Source of the DNA: Bacteroidota bacterium
GTDB taxonomy: Bacteria; Bacteroidota; Bacteroidia; Flavobacteriales; BACL11
NCBI GenBank assembly: GCA_036141595.1
Contig: JAYZXD010000021.1
Coordinates: forward strand, 7,969 to 71,968
Length of the DNA stretch: 64,000 bases
Direction: 5' to 3'
Shown here: piece by piece, positions 10,117-19,913 of the stretch
Position numbering within the stretch: position 1 is the stretch's first letter
Layout: each line of letters starts with the position of its first letter
Position numbers and translations under genes: made by a program
The notes under the pieces: model-generated
Databases searched by the model: none
Told to the model about the DNA's origin: nothing
Seen by the model: only the letters and a program-made list of their open reading frames with translations

Positions 10117-11502
10117 TTACATGTGAATAACCTCATCATACGCATCAGCGACAGCTTCCATTACAGCTTCACTCATAGTGGGATGGGGATGAACAGCCTT
10201 TAGTATCTCATGACCTGTAGTTTCAAGCTTTCTAGCAACGACAGCTTCCGCAATCATTTCTGTGACATTATAGCCTATCATATGACATCCTAACCATTCT
10301 CCATATTTTGCATCAAAAATGACTTTTACAAAACCATCTTTATGCCCTGCAGCTGATGCTTTACCAGATGCAGAAAATGGGAACTTACCAACTTTCACAG
10401 AATAGCCTGCTTCTTTTGCAGCAGCTTCAGTCAATCCAACAGATGCAATCTCTGGGCTACAATATGTACATCCAGGAATATTATTATAATCTATCTTGTC
10501 AGGTGTTTGCCCAGCAATCTTTTCAACACAAGTAATTCCTTCAGCTGATGCTACATGAGCAAGAGCCTGATTAGCAAGTACGTCACCAATTGCATAATAA
10601 CCACTAACATTTGTATTATAGTAATCATCAACAATAATTTTACCATTTTCAGTTTTGATTCCAACCTCCTCTAAGCCGATATTATCAATATTAGCTACAA
10701 TACCAACCGCTGAAAGAACAATATCACATTCTATTTGTTCTTCGCCATTTTTAGTTTTAATTACAACATTACAGCCTTTACCTGAGGTATCAACTTTTTC
10801 AACTGAGGCGTTAGTCATTACATTTATGCCAGATTTCTTAAATGATCTTTGTAACTGCTTAGATACATCCGTATCTTCAACAGGAACAATATTTGGCAAA
10901 TACTCAACTATAGTTACCTCACATCCCATAGAATTATAAAAATACGCAAACTCTACTCCTATTGCCCCTGAGCCAACAATAACCATTCTTTTTGGAACCG
11001 ACTTTAACACCATCGCATCCCTGTAACCAATAATCTTTTTTCCATCTTGAGGCAAATTTGGTAATTCTCTTGACCTTGCTCCAGTTGCTATAATGATATT
11101 TTTGGCAGAATAATCTTGTGTTTTCCCTTCGCTAGTTACTTTGAGCTTATTATTTGGTAGAATCTTTCCAAATCCAATAATAACATCGATTTTATTTTTT
11201 TTCATTAGATATGATATCCCATTACTCATACCATCAGCTACATCACGACTTCTTTTGATAATTGATGTAAAGTCAGCTTCAGCATCATTAACTTTTATAC
11301 CATAATCTTTAGCGTGATTTATGTATTCAAATACCTGAGCTGATTTTAAAAGTGCTTTTGTAGGAATACAACCCCAGTTAAGACATACACCCCCTAGGCT
11401 TTCCTTTTCCACTATAGCTACTTTCATACCAAGCTGTGATGCTCTGATTGCAGCAACATATCCACCAGGTCCACTTCCCAACACAATTAAATCGTAATTC
11501 AT
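10117..11502 (-). CDS. lpdA: Dihydrolipoyl dehydrogenase
   Basis: FAD motif GSGPGGYVAAIRA, redox-active disulfide CLNWGCIPTKALL, NAD motif VGSGAIGVE, C-terminal HPHPTMSE. Confidence 0.92.
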   Translation of the reverse strand: MNYDLIVLGSGPGGYVAAIRASQLGMKVAIVEKESLGGVCLNWGCIPTKALLKSAQVFEYINHAKDYGIKVNDAEADFTSIIKRSRDVADGMSNGISYLMKKNKIDVIIGFGKILPNNKLKVTSEGKTQDYSAKNIIIATGARSRELPNLPQDGKKIIGYRDAMVLKSVPKRMVIVGSGAIGVEFAYFYNSMGCEVTIVEYLPNIVPVEDTDVSKQLQRSFKKSGINVMTNASVEKVDTSGKGCNVVIKTKNGEEQIECDIVLSAVGIVANIDNIGLEEVGIKTENGKIIVDDYYNTNVSGYYAIGDVLANQALAHVASAEGITCVEKIAGQTPDKIDYNNIPGCTYCSPEIASVGLTEAAAKEAGYSVKVGKFPFSASGKASAAGHKDGFVKVIFDAKYGEWLGCHMIGYNVTEMIAEAVVARKLETTGHEILKAVHPHPTMSEAVMEAVADAYDEVIHM

Positions 11503-11503
11503 T

Positions 11504-12724
11504 TTATTTATTTTTTAGGTTTTTATTTAAGAGTACAATATTAGACAAAACATCTTGAACTGAGATATCATTCATACAACTTTTTTCTCTTTTGCAAACA
11601 TTTCCAAAATAACAATCACAACCACTATGAGGTTCAATAATAACACCTCTGTTGTATAATTCAAATTCATGTATGTTAAATATATTATGAAATAGCATTA
11701 ACTGTTTTTTTAATGCTAATGCGATATGCATCATCATACTCACTGGTGTTACAATAATATCTGTATTATTACTAATGGAAATAAATTCTTCTAAACCAAA
11801 TGTACCTAAATAAGTTGCTCCTGTCTTATCTCTGTAGTATCGATTCACTTCATCTTCATCTGCCCCCCCCATTAATAAACAAAAGTAATTTTTTTTTTGA
11901 AGAATATTAATTAAACTAATCCAGTATTTTTTTGGCCATAGTCTTGTCTTCCATCTTGAACCACATCCAGTATTTAATCCAATAACAACTTTATTATTAG
12001 ACAATTTACCTATTTTTTTTGACCAAAAATTACTTAGATTTTTGTTAATATTTATTCTGTATTCTTCTCCATTGAAATCAAAATGACAGATTTCAAATAT
12101 TTCTTGTAAATAGTTTTTGGTATTTTGTTTTGATATGTGATCAAAAAATCCTGTAATGAGCTTATGTTCTGCATTCTTAGTTGCAACATTTATATGTCCA
12201 TCTTTCCATAGAAAACCAAACTTCTTTTGTGCTTTTATTAATGAAAGTAGCATGCATGCTTCTCTATCTTTATCTAAATTAATGGCAATATCATAATTAG
12301 AACTTGTAACTTTAGCCACTGAAAAATTATCCCATTTGTAAACCTCATCTACCTCATTTACAGGAACTACTTCAGGACTGTGAGTTATCCATGAGAAATG
12401 ACAAAGCCCATACTCTGATTTAAATTTTTCTAATAATGGAGTAGTTCTAATAACATCACCTATAGCACCTAATTTAATAATTAGAATTTTTGTAAAATTT
12501 TGTGAAAGATTAATCGGCTCAAAGCTTTTTTTAGAGTCTCTAAAATCACAAATTTCATATATTTCTTTAAGAAGTGACGATGAATTATTTAAATGTTTTA
12601 TTTGTAATGAGTTTTTTTCATAGTATGTACAGCTATCACATTGTGCATCATAATCTTTGTTTGGTGCACAAGGAATATGCCCTCTAAAAAAACTACAATC
12701 GTATTTTACATCTTCTTTTTTCAA
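11504..12724 (-). CDS. Glycosyltransferase family 9 (heptosyltransferase-like) protein with extra N- and C-terminal Cys clusters
   Basis: GT9 hallmark ILIIKLGAIGDVIRTTPLL plus GLNTGCGSRWKTRLWP and LLMGGADE. TTG is the only start candidate (no in-frame ATG before residue 158). The stop lies 1 nt from the lpd start. Confidence 0.7.
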   Translation of the reverse strand: MKKEDVKYDCSFFRGHIPCAPNKDYDAQCDSCTYYEKNSLQIKHLNNSSSLLKEIYEICDFRDSKKSFEPINLSQNFTKILIIKLGAIGDVIRTTPLLEKFKSEYGLCHFSWITHSPEVVPVNEVDEVYKWDNFSVAKVTSSNYDIAINLDKDREACMLLSLIKAQKKFGFLWKDGHINVATKNAEHKLITGFFDHISKQNTKNYLQEIFEICHFDFNGEEYRININKNLSNFWSKKIGKLSNNKVVIGLNTGCGSRWKTRLWPKKYWISLINILQKKNYFCLLMGGADEDEVNRYYRDKTGATYLGTFGLEEFISISNNTDIIVTPVSMMMHIALALKKQLMLFHNIFNIHEFELYNRGVIIEPHSGCDCYFGNVCKREKSCMNDISVQDVLSNIVLLNKNLKNK

Positions 12725-12738
12725 AAATACTTTTATTG

Positions 12739-12746
12739 CAAATTTA
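12739..12746 (-). promoter_or_regulatory. Candidate -7 promoter box for the GT9-lpd unit
   Basis: Minus strand reads TAaaTTTG, 14 nt upstream of the TTG start at 12724. Confidence 0.45.
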
Positions 12747-12796
12747 AAAAAAATCTTTCCTAATATTTAAGAAATATATTACAGTCTAAAAATTTG

Positions 12797-12804
12797 TAAG
12801 TTTG
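12797..12804 (+). promoter_or_regulatory. Candidate -7 promoter box for the M61 peptidase gene
   Basis: TAagTTTG, 16 nt upstream of the ATG at 12821. Confidence 0.45.
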
Positions 12805-12820
12805 TGTAATATTTTTTTTG

Positions 12821-14524
12821 ATGATAACTTACAACATAAGCTACAATAATCCACATCGTCATTATGTAGATTTTCAACTTCTTACAAGAACAAATGGAGT
12901 TGAAAAAATGTATTTTCAACTTGCTGCTTGGAGACCAGGTAGATATGAGTTAGCAAATTTTGCGCAAAATATTAGAAATTGGGAAGCAAAAGATGATAAT
13001 GGTAATTTATTAAATTTTAAAAAAATAACAAAAGATCTCTGGTTAGTAGAAACAAAAAATATACAAAAAATAAACATCTCATATAGTTTTTACGCCAACA
13101 AACTTGATGCTGGGTCTTGCTATTTAGATGAATATCAACTTTATTTAAATCCTGTACATTGTTTCTTTTATATAGTAGATAGAATGCAAGAAACATACAC
13201 TTTAAATTTTGATATACCAAAAGATTATGACTTAGCCTCTTCCCTATCAAATAAAAATAAAACTCTTATTGCAAAGAACTATGATGAGCTAGCAGAATCT
13301 CCAATTATTTGCTCTAACACTTTGCAACATGACTTTTATGAGGTTAATAATATAAAATTTCATCTTTGGTTTCAGGGAAAATGCAATTTGGATTGGACAA
13401 AACTAAAAAAAGATTTTACTTTATTTACAAAAAGTCAGATAGATCATTTTGGAGGTTTTCCTGTTGATGAATATCATTTTTTATTTCAAATAACACCCTA
13501 CAAAAGCTATCATGGTGTTGAACATACAAAAAATACAGTTTTACTACTAGGACCAGGAGATGATATAATGGATAAAAGATATGAAGACCTTTTAGGAGTA
13601 TGCTCACATGAACTATATCATACATGGAACATAAAAGCAATAAGGCCAAAAGAGATGCTTCCTTACAATTACACAAAAGAAAATTATTTTCGAACTGGTT
13701 TTGTAGCTGAAGGTGTTACAACATATATGGGAGATTTAATGCTTTATAACTCTAATGTTTTTAATTGGAATGAGTTTATAAAAACACAAAATGAAAATAT
13801 TAAACGTCATCTAATGAACTATGGTAGATTTAATTTGTCTGTCGCAGAAAGCGGATTTGACAACTGGCTTGACGGATATAAAATTGGTGCTCCTGACAGA
13901 AAAGTATCTATATATCCAGACGGAGCGTTATGTATGTTAATGGTTGATCTAGAGATTATAAATTATTCTAATGGAAAAGACAGTTTACACTCCGTTATGA
14001 AAAATTTATACAATGATTTCGCATTAAAAGAAAAAGGTTACTCTGAAGATGATTTTAAAAATATATGTTTGAATTATGGCGGTAGTAGAGTTTTGGAAAT
14101 TTTTAAAAAACATATTTACGGCACAGAAAACTATATTCCAACTTTAAATTCAGCACTAAAGATAGTTGGACTAGAGTTAATTGAGAAAAAAAACTCTAAT
14201 TTATCAGCACAATATTTTGGATTTATTTCAGTAAAAGAAAATGGAAAAGAAATCATTAAAAAAGTTCAGCCAGATTCAACAGCTGATTTAAATGGTATAG
14301 GACCTGAAGATGAAGTAAAAAAACTAAATGGCAAGCCAATTAAAGAAAATTTAAATAAATTATTGGAAAATATAAATAATGATATTGAGTTTACTTTCAA
14401 GAATAAGTTTTCTGAAAAAACTGTAATTTTTAATAAAGGAAACTATTATAACTTATTAGAAATTAAAAAAATAGAAAATCCAACAAAAAATCAAATATTT
14501 TTGCAAAATAAATGGTTAAGTTAG
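12821..14524 (+). CDS. M61 family (glycyl aminopeptidase-like) metallopeptidase with a C-terminal PDZ-like domain
   Basis: HExxH in SHELYHTWN. N-terminal NPHRHYVDF typical of M61. C-terminal ADLNGIGPEDEVKKLNGKPI is PDZ-like. The ORF track starts at TTG 12818; the adjacent ATG at 12821 is preferred. Confidence 0.8.
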   Translation: MITYNISYNNPHRHYVDFQLLTRTNGVEKMYFQLAAWRPGRYELANFAQNIRNWEAKDDNGNLLNFKKITKDLWLVETKNIQKINISYSFYANKLDAGSCYLDEYQLYLNPVHCFFYIVDRMQETYTLNFDIPKDYDLASSLSNKNKTLIAKNYDELAESPIICSNTLQHDFYEVNNIKFHLWFQGKCNLDWTKLKKDFTLFTKSQIDHFGGFPVDEYHFLFQITPYKSYHGVEHTKNTVLLLGPGDDIMDKRYEDLLGVCSHELYHTWNIKAIRPKEMLPYNYTKENYFRTGFVAEGVTTYMGDLMLYNSNVFNWNEFIKTQNENIKRHLMNYGRFNLSVAESGFDNWLDGYKIGAPDRKVSIYPDGALCMLMVDLEIINYSNGKDSLHSVMKNLYNDFALKEKGYSEDDFKNICLNYGGSRVLEIFKKHIYGTENYIPTLNSALKIVGLELIEKKNSNLSAQYFGFISVKENGKEIIKKVQPDSTADLNGIGPEDEVKKLNGKPIKENLNKLLENINNDIEFTFKNKFSEKTVIFNKGNYYNLLEIKKIENPTKNQIFLQNKWLS

Positions 14525-14550
14525 TTTATTATCAAGATAGCAATTAGATT

Positions 14551-15087
14551 ATGGATGACATTCAATTACATAACAAAAAATTTGAACTTTTTATTGAAAA
14601 AAATGAGCTTAATCAAATTGTATCATCATTAGCCAAAAAAATAAATGAATCTAATTTAAATAATCCACTATTTATTGTAGTTTTAAAAGGATCTTTTTTA
14701 TTTGCATCTGACCTAATAAAAAAAATCAATATTCCGAATACTGAAATTGCTTTCATAAAAGTTTCCTCATATATTGGAACTAACACAAGTGGTAATTTAA
14801 AAGAGATTTTTGGAATAGAAAAAGATATATCAAATCGAAATATTTTTATTATTGAAGATATTGTTGATACTGGAAATACAATATATGAATTAGTGAAAAT
14901 TTTTAAAAATAAAAGAGTTAAAAACATGAAAATAATTACATTATTATATAAACCTGATTGCTACAAAAAGAAAATTAAAATTGACTATATTGGAAAATCT
15001 ATTTCAAATGATTTTGTTGTTGGATACGGACTAGATTATAATGATTTAGGTAGAAATTTATCAAATATTTATAAATTAAAAGAATAA
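14551..15087 (+). CDS. hpt: Hypoxanthine(-guanine) phosphoribosyltransferase
   Basis: PRPP-binding loop IIEDIVDTGNT, C-terminal VVGYGLDYN. Confidence 0.9.
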   Translation: MDDIQLHNKKFELFIEKNELNQIVSSLAKKINESNLNNPLFIVVLKGSFLFASDLIKKINIPNTEIAFIKVSSYIGTNTSGNLKEIFGIEKDISNRNIFIIEDIVDTGNTIYELVKIFKNKRVKNMKIITLLYKPDCYKKKIKIDYIGKSISNDFVVGYGLDYNDLGRNLSNIYKLKE

Positions 15088-15090
15088 AAT

Positions 15091-15663
15091 ATGTTAAATA
15101 TTGTATTATTTGGTCCTCCTGGGGCAGGAAAAGGTACACAAGCAGACTTATTAGTTAAGAAATATAATTTAATACATCTATCTACCGGTGACATCTTAAG
15201 ATCAGAAATAAAAGAAGGAACTTCTCTTGGTTTGGAAGCTAAGAAGTTAATGGATGACGGACTACTAGTTCCAGATGATGTTGTAATAGGAATGATAAAA
15301 TCTAAACTTGATAAAAACCCTAAATCTCCAGGTTTTATTTTTGATGGATTTCCTCGAACTCAAAAACAAGCAAAAGAACTCGATAATTTGTTAAATCATC
15401 AATCTACATCTATATCGGTTATGTTAGCACTTGTAGTGGATGATAAAGAATTAATAAAAAGATTATTAAACAGAGGTATAAGTTCTGGTAGAGCCGACGA
15501 TCAAGATGAAAAAATTATAGTAAATAGAATAAATGAATATAATATAAAAACAACACCTCTAAAAGACTATTACGCATCTCAAAATAAACTTCACGAAATA
15601 AATGGGACTGGAAGTGTTTTGGACATAACAAATAAATTAAACCACATAATTGATAATCTTTAA
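15091..15663 (+). CDS. adk: Adenylate kinase (short-lid type)
   Basis: P-loop GPPGAGKGTQ, STGDILR, GFPRT, short lid RGISSGRADD without a Cys4 motif. Confidence 0.95.
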   Translation: MLNIVLFGPPGAGKGTQADLLVKKYNLIHLSTGDILRSEIKEGTSLGLEAKKLMDDGLLVPDDVVIGMIKSKLDKNPKSPGFIFDGFPRTQKQAKELDNLLNHQSTSISVMLALVVDDKELIKRLLNRGISSGRADDQDEKIIVNRINEYNIKTTPLKDYYASQNKLHEINGTGSVLDITNKLNHIIDNL

Positions 15664-16662
15664 ATGAGAATAAAAAATTCTAATTTTGTTGATTATGTAA
15701 AGATATTTTGTCGTTCTGGCAAAGGGGGAGCTGGATCGACACATTTTAGAAGAGATAAAAGCACAGCAAAAGGTGGACCTGACGGAGGAGATGGAGGCAA
15801 CGGAGGTAATATAATCATAAAAGGAAATAGCAATATGTGGACGCTATTACACTTAAGATATAAAAAACATATTTTTGCTGAACATGGTGAGCAGGGAACA
15901 GGGAACCATAGTTTTGGTAAAAATGGAAAAAACAGTTTTATAAATGTTCCGCTTGGAACAATTATTAAGGACGCTGAAACAAATAATATCATTTGTGAGG
16001 TAACAAAAGATAATGAAGAGCATATTCTAGTAAAAGGTGGTTTAGGGGGAAGAGGAAATGCTCACTTCAAGTCCTCTACAAATCAATCACCAAGATATGC
16101 ACAGCCTGGTGAAAAATATTCTGAGGGCTGGTACATATTAGAGCTAAAAGTATTAGCTGATATTGGTTTAGTTGGCTTTCCAAATGTTGGGAAGTCAACA
16201 TTACTTTCAGTTGTTTCAGCCGCAAAACCTGAAATTGCAAACTATCCATTTACAACATTAGCACCTAATTTAGGAATAGTATCTTACAGAAATGATCGAT
16301 CATTTATAATGGCGGATATACCAGGAATAATTGAGGGGGCTTCAGAAGGTAAAGGGTTAGGTTTACGTTTTTTAAGACATATAGAAAGAAATACCACATT
16401 ACTATTTATGGTCCCATCAGACTCAAACGATATAAAAGAAGAATATAATATTTTATTAAATGAATTAAAAAAATACAATCCTGAATTACTAGACAAAGAT
16501 AGAATTCTAGCAATTACTAAAAGTGATTTATTAGATTCAGAACTAAAAAGTGAAATAACAAAAACACTTCCAAAAAATATTGATTCTATATTTATATCTT
16601 CAATAGCACAGCAGGGCTTAGTGAAATTAAAGGATTTAATTTGGGAAAAACTAAACAATTAA
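15664..16662 (+). CDS. obg: GTPase Obg/CgtA
   Basis: Gly-rich Obg fold [15 protein letters not shown]1 [10 protein letters not shown]3 [11 protein letters not shown]4 TKSD. Confidence 0.95.
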   Translation: MRIKNSNFVDYVKIFCRSGKGGAGSTHFRRDKSTAKGGPDGGDGGNGGNIIIKGNSNMWTLLHLRYKKHIFAEHGEQGTGNHSFGKNGKNSFINVPLGTIIKDAETNNIICEVTKDNEEHILVKGGLGGRGNAHFKSSTNQSPRYAQPGEKYSEGWYILELKVLADIGLVGFPNVGKSTLLSVVSAAKPEIANYPFTTLAPNLGIVSYRNDRSFIMADIPGIIEGASEGKGLGLRFLRHIERNTTLLFMVPSDSNDIKEEYNILLNELKKYNPELLDKDRILAITKSDLLDSELKSEITKTLPKNIDSIFISSIAQQGLVKLKDLIWEKLNN

Positions 16663-17348
16663 TGAATAACTTAATTGAAATAGATAAACATTTGTTCAAA
16701 ATTATCAATTCTTCTGGTTTTGAAGAACTAGATAAGTTAATGATCCTTATTTCATCAAAGTGGTTTTGGATTCCTTTATATTTATTTATTATTTTTTTAA
16801 TCAAAAAAAAATTTCCTCAACAATTCTTTAAAATACTAATTTCAATTATTTTTTTAATTTTTATTTCTGATTATGGTAGTGTAGAATTATTTAAAAATAT
16901 GTTTGAAAGATTTCGCCCATGTCATGAGTTTGATATTGCTAAGGACATTAGGCTTGTTGATGGCTGTGGTGGAAAATATGGATTTATATCATCGCATGCT
17001 TCAAATTCATTTGCTATTGCCTTCTTTTTAACTCTTCTATTTAGAAACCTAAAAGGGTTTATTTTTCTTTTTTCTTGGGCTACTCTGATCGGATTTAGTA
17101 GAATATATTTAGGAGTACATTATCCTTTTGATGTTTTAGGAGGAATGTTTTGGGGACTATTTGTAAGTTTGTTAATGTATTTAACTTACAGTATAAAAAT
17201 CAAAAAAACTGATAGGATATGGATATTATGGCTTGCATTAGTTTGCATTTGGAATTTTGGTTGGACCAAAGCACCAGCAATAGCAGACATTATCGTAGCA
17301 ATTTCACTTTCAATTTTCGTATTAAAATTTAAACAAAAACTTAACTAG
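16662..17348 (+). CDS. PAP2-family lipid phosphatase (membrane protein)
   Basis: PAP2 motifs RFRP, SSHASNSFAIA and SRIYLGVHYPFDVLGG. The ORF track starts at TTG 16641; ATG 16662 gives a TAATG junction with the obg stop. Confidence 0.8.
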   Translation: MNNLIEIDKHLFKIINSSGFEELDKLMILISSKWFWIPLYLFIIFLIKKKFPQQFFKILISIIFLIFISDYGSVELFKNMFERFRPCHEFDIAKDIRLVDGCGGKYGFISSHASNSFAIAFFLTLLFRNLKGFIFLFSWATLIGFSRIYLGVHYPFDVLGGMFWGLFVSLLMYLTYSIKIKKTDRIWILWLALVCIWNFGWTKAPAIADIIVAISLSIFVLKFKQKLN

Positions 17349-17349
17349 T

Positions 17350-18936
17350 ATGAAGAAGATTTTACTTTTTTTTATTTGCATTCCTTTATTAGTACAATCA
17401 CAAAATAATCAAGATAAACCTAAGCTAGTAGTTGGAATTGTTGTAGATCAAATGAGGTTTGATTATATACAGAGATTTTGGGACGATTTTTCAGATGAGG
17501 GATTTAAAAAATTAATTAATCAAGGTCATTTTTTTAGAAATACTCGCTTTGGATACGTGCCAACTTATACTGGACCTGGGCATGCTAGTATATTTACTGG
17601 AACAACTCCTTCAATGCACGGGATCATTGCAAATAATTGGTATGATAAACATACTGAAGAATTGATATATTGTGCTGGCGATGGAAGTACTCATACTATT
17701 TGTAACTGTGAAAATAATGTTAATGATGTTCTTTCTGAAGACGGAAAAATGTCTCCAAAGCATATGCTAACAACCACTATTGGAGATGAAATTAAATTAT
17801 TTAATAGCAACAGTAAAGTTATTGGGATTTCATTAAAAGACAGAGGAGCAATATTATCAGCTGGTCATTCTGCAAATGCTGCTTATTGGATGGATAAACA
17901 CGGAGAATGGATTACTAGCAGTTATTATATGAAAAACTTACCACAGTGGTTAATTGAATATCAATCTAAAACAAGTGTATCAAAATATTTAAAAGGAAAC
18001 TGGTCCTACAAAGATATGTTTAATCACAGTCTAGATAGTATTTTAATTAATGATGGTGCAGGAGGGATTAAAGTAACACCAATGGGTAATACTATATTAA
18101 AGGACTTAGCTTTGGAAATAATAAAAAATGAAAAAATGGGTCAAAAAGAAGATGTTGACATGCTAACAATTAGTTTTTCTTCTACTGACTATATTGGGCA
18201 TAAATATGGTCCTCATGCCAATGAAATAAAAGATACTTATATAAAATTAGATAAGGATATTTCAGAGTTACTTAAACATATTGATAAAAATAATTCTATT
18301 GTCTTTTTAACAGCTGATCATGGGGTTGTTTCAGAGCCACATGAACTAATAGAACGAAAAATACCGGCAGGGTATTTTGACAAAAAAGAAATGATCAAGT
18401 CACTTAATGAACACTTAAATAAAAAGTTTATTGACAAAAGTATGATAACTCCTAAATCATGGATAAAAAACTTTTCGAATTTGCAAGTCTTTTTAGATCA
18501 TGAATTAATTGCTCAGTCATCATTTTCATTAAAAGATTTTCAAGAAACATGTGCTGAATTTGTTCTCAATGTTGACGGCGTAAAAAATACATTTACCCGT
18601 TATCAAATGATGAACACATCACAACACTCATCTTCTACACGTACTTTAATTCAAAACGGTTTCAATCCAAAAAGATCAGGAGATGTGATTATTGTCTTGC
18701 AAACAGGATGGATAAGTAATTCTTGGGAAAAAGGTGGAACAACACATGGGTCTTCATATAGCTACGATACACATGTTCCTTTAATTTTTTGGGGAGGGAT
18801 GATTCCTAAGGGTAAGACAGATAGATTAGTAAACATAAGAGATATTGCTCCAACAATTTCAACAATCTTAGGTATTTCATACCCAAATGGGTGCACCGGA
18901 AACCCTTTACCAGAAGTAACACAATGGAGGAAATAA
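17350..18936 (+). CDS. Alkaline-phosphatase-superfamily phosphomonoesterase/phosphodiesterase, PafA-like
   Basis: Signal peptide. GIVVDQMRFDY, nucleophile region PTYTGPGHASIFTG, FSSTDYIGHKYGP, TADHG. Confidence 0.75.
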   Translation: MKKILLFFICIPLLVQSQNNQDKPKLVVGIVVDQMRFDYIQRFWDDFSDEGFKKLINQGHFFRNTRFGYVPTYTGPGHASIFTGTTPSMHGIIANNWYDKHTEELIYCAGDGSTHTICNCENNVNDVLSEDGKMSPKHMLTTTIGDEIKLFNSNSKVIGISLKDRGAILSAGHSANAAYWMDKHGEWITSSYYMKNLPQWLIEYQSKTSVSKYLKGNWSYKDMFNHSLDSILINDGAGGIKVTPMGNTILKDLALEIIKNEKMGQKEDVDMLTISFSSTDYIGHKYGPHANEIKDTYIKLDKDISELLKHIDKNNSIVFLTADHGVVSEPHELIERKIPAGYFDKKEMIKSLNEHLNKKFIDKSMITPKSWIKNFSNLQVFLDHELIAQSSFSLKDFQETCAEFVLNVDGVKNTFTRYQMMNTSQHSSSTRTLIQNGFNPKRSGDVIIVLQTGWISNSWEKGGTTHGSSYSYDTHVPLIFWGGMIPKGKTDRLVNIRDIAPTISTILGISYPNGCTGNPLPEVTQWRK

Positions 18937-19913
18937 AATCCAATGACTATTCTATATGGGTTGGAGAGGATTTAGAGTCTCAGCTAAATTTAAAAACATA
19001 TTCAAAAATTGCAATTCTTGTTGATGAAAACACTAAAAAATATTGCCTTAAATTAATACCCAAACTTAATAACATATTAATTATTGAAATAAGTTCTGGT
19101 GAAAAAAATAAGAACTTAAATACATGTGTTCTGATTTGGAATAAGCTCTTAAAAAATAATTTTGATAAAAATTCAGTGATAATAAATTTAGGAGGAGGCC
19201 TCATATGTGATTTAGGAGGTTTTTGTGCTTCAGGCTTTAAAAGAGGAATTGACTATATAAACTTACCTACGTCATTGTTAGCTATGGTTGATGCATCTTT
19301 TGGAGGGAAAATTGGAGTCAATCATAATAACTATAAAAATCAAATTGGATTCTTTGAAAATCCAAAGCAAGTAATTATAAATCATAAGTTTTTATCTACA
19401 CTACCAAAAGACGAATTTAATTCTGCTTTTGGAGAAATAGTAAAGCATGCTCTTATTGGAGATTCAAAATTATGGAAAAGATTATTAAAAAATAAAATTC
19501 AAAATCTTAACATAGAAGATATTATTATTAAATCCGTTCAATTAAAAAATGCAATCATTTTAAAAGACTTTAAAGAAGGGAATGAAAGAAAAAAATTAAA
19601 TTTCGGACACACTTTTGGACATGCAATAGAAAGTTATTATATGAGCAAAGGTACTGCTATTCTTCACGGTTATGCTGTGTTATTAGGTATTTTATGTGAA
19701 ATAGAAATCTCTAATCTTTCTTTGAAAGAAAAAGTTGAGATAAGAAACTACATTTCAAATAACTTCCAACTACCTGATATGCCTAAAAAAAATAAACTTT
19801 TTAACTTTATTAAGCAGGATAAGAAAAATTTATGTGAGCGAATAAACTTCTCACTACTTAATGGAATAGGAAATTGTACTGTAGATAACTTATTTAATAT
19901 AAATGAACTATAA
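18924..19913 (+). CDS. aroB: 3-dehydroquinate synthase
   Basis: GGGLICDLGGFCA, DASFGGKIGVN, FGHTFGHAIE. ATG 18924 (MEEIKSNDYSIWVG) is preferred over the upstream ATG at 18891 used by the ORF track; it overlaps the preceding gene by 13 nt. Confidence 0.9.
   Translation: MEEIKSNDYSIWVGEDLESQLNLKTYSKIAILVDENTKKYCLKLIPKLNNILIIEISSGEKNKNLNTCVLIWNKLLKNNFDKNSVIINLGGGLICDLGGFCASGFKRGIDYINLPTSLLAMVDASFGGKIGVNHNNYKNQIGFFENPKQVIINHKFLSTLPKDEFNSAFGEIVKHALIGDSKLWKRLLKNKIQNLNIEDIIIKSVQLKNAIILKDFKEGNERKKLNFGHTFGHAIESYYMSKGTAILHGYAVLLGILCEIEISNLSLKEKVEIRNYISNNFQLPDMPKKNKLFNFIKQDKKNLCERINFSLLNGIGNCTVDNLFNINEL

Noticed and set aside
15693-16658. Two antisense ORFs (99 aa and 124 aa) opposite obg, plus a 70-aa ORF (16592-16804) across the obg/PAP2 junction
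   Set aside because: The Pro-rich stretch is the complement of the obg Gly-rich domain. The rest is hydrophobic, low-complexity sequence. All overlap well-supported genes.
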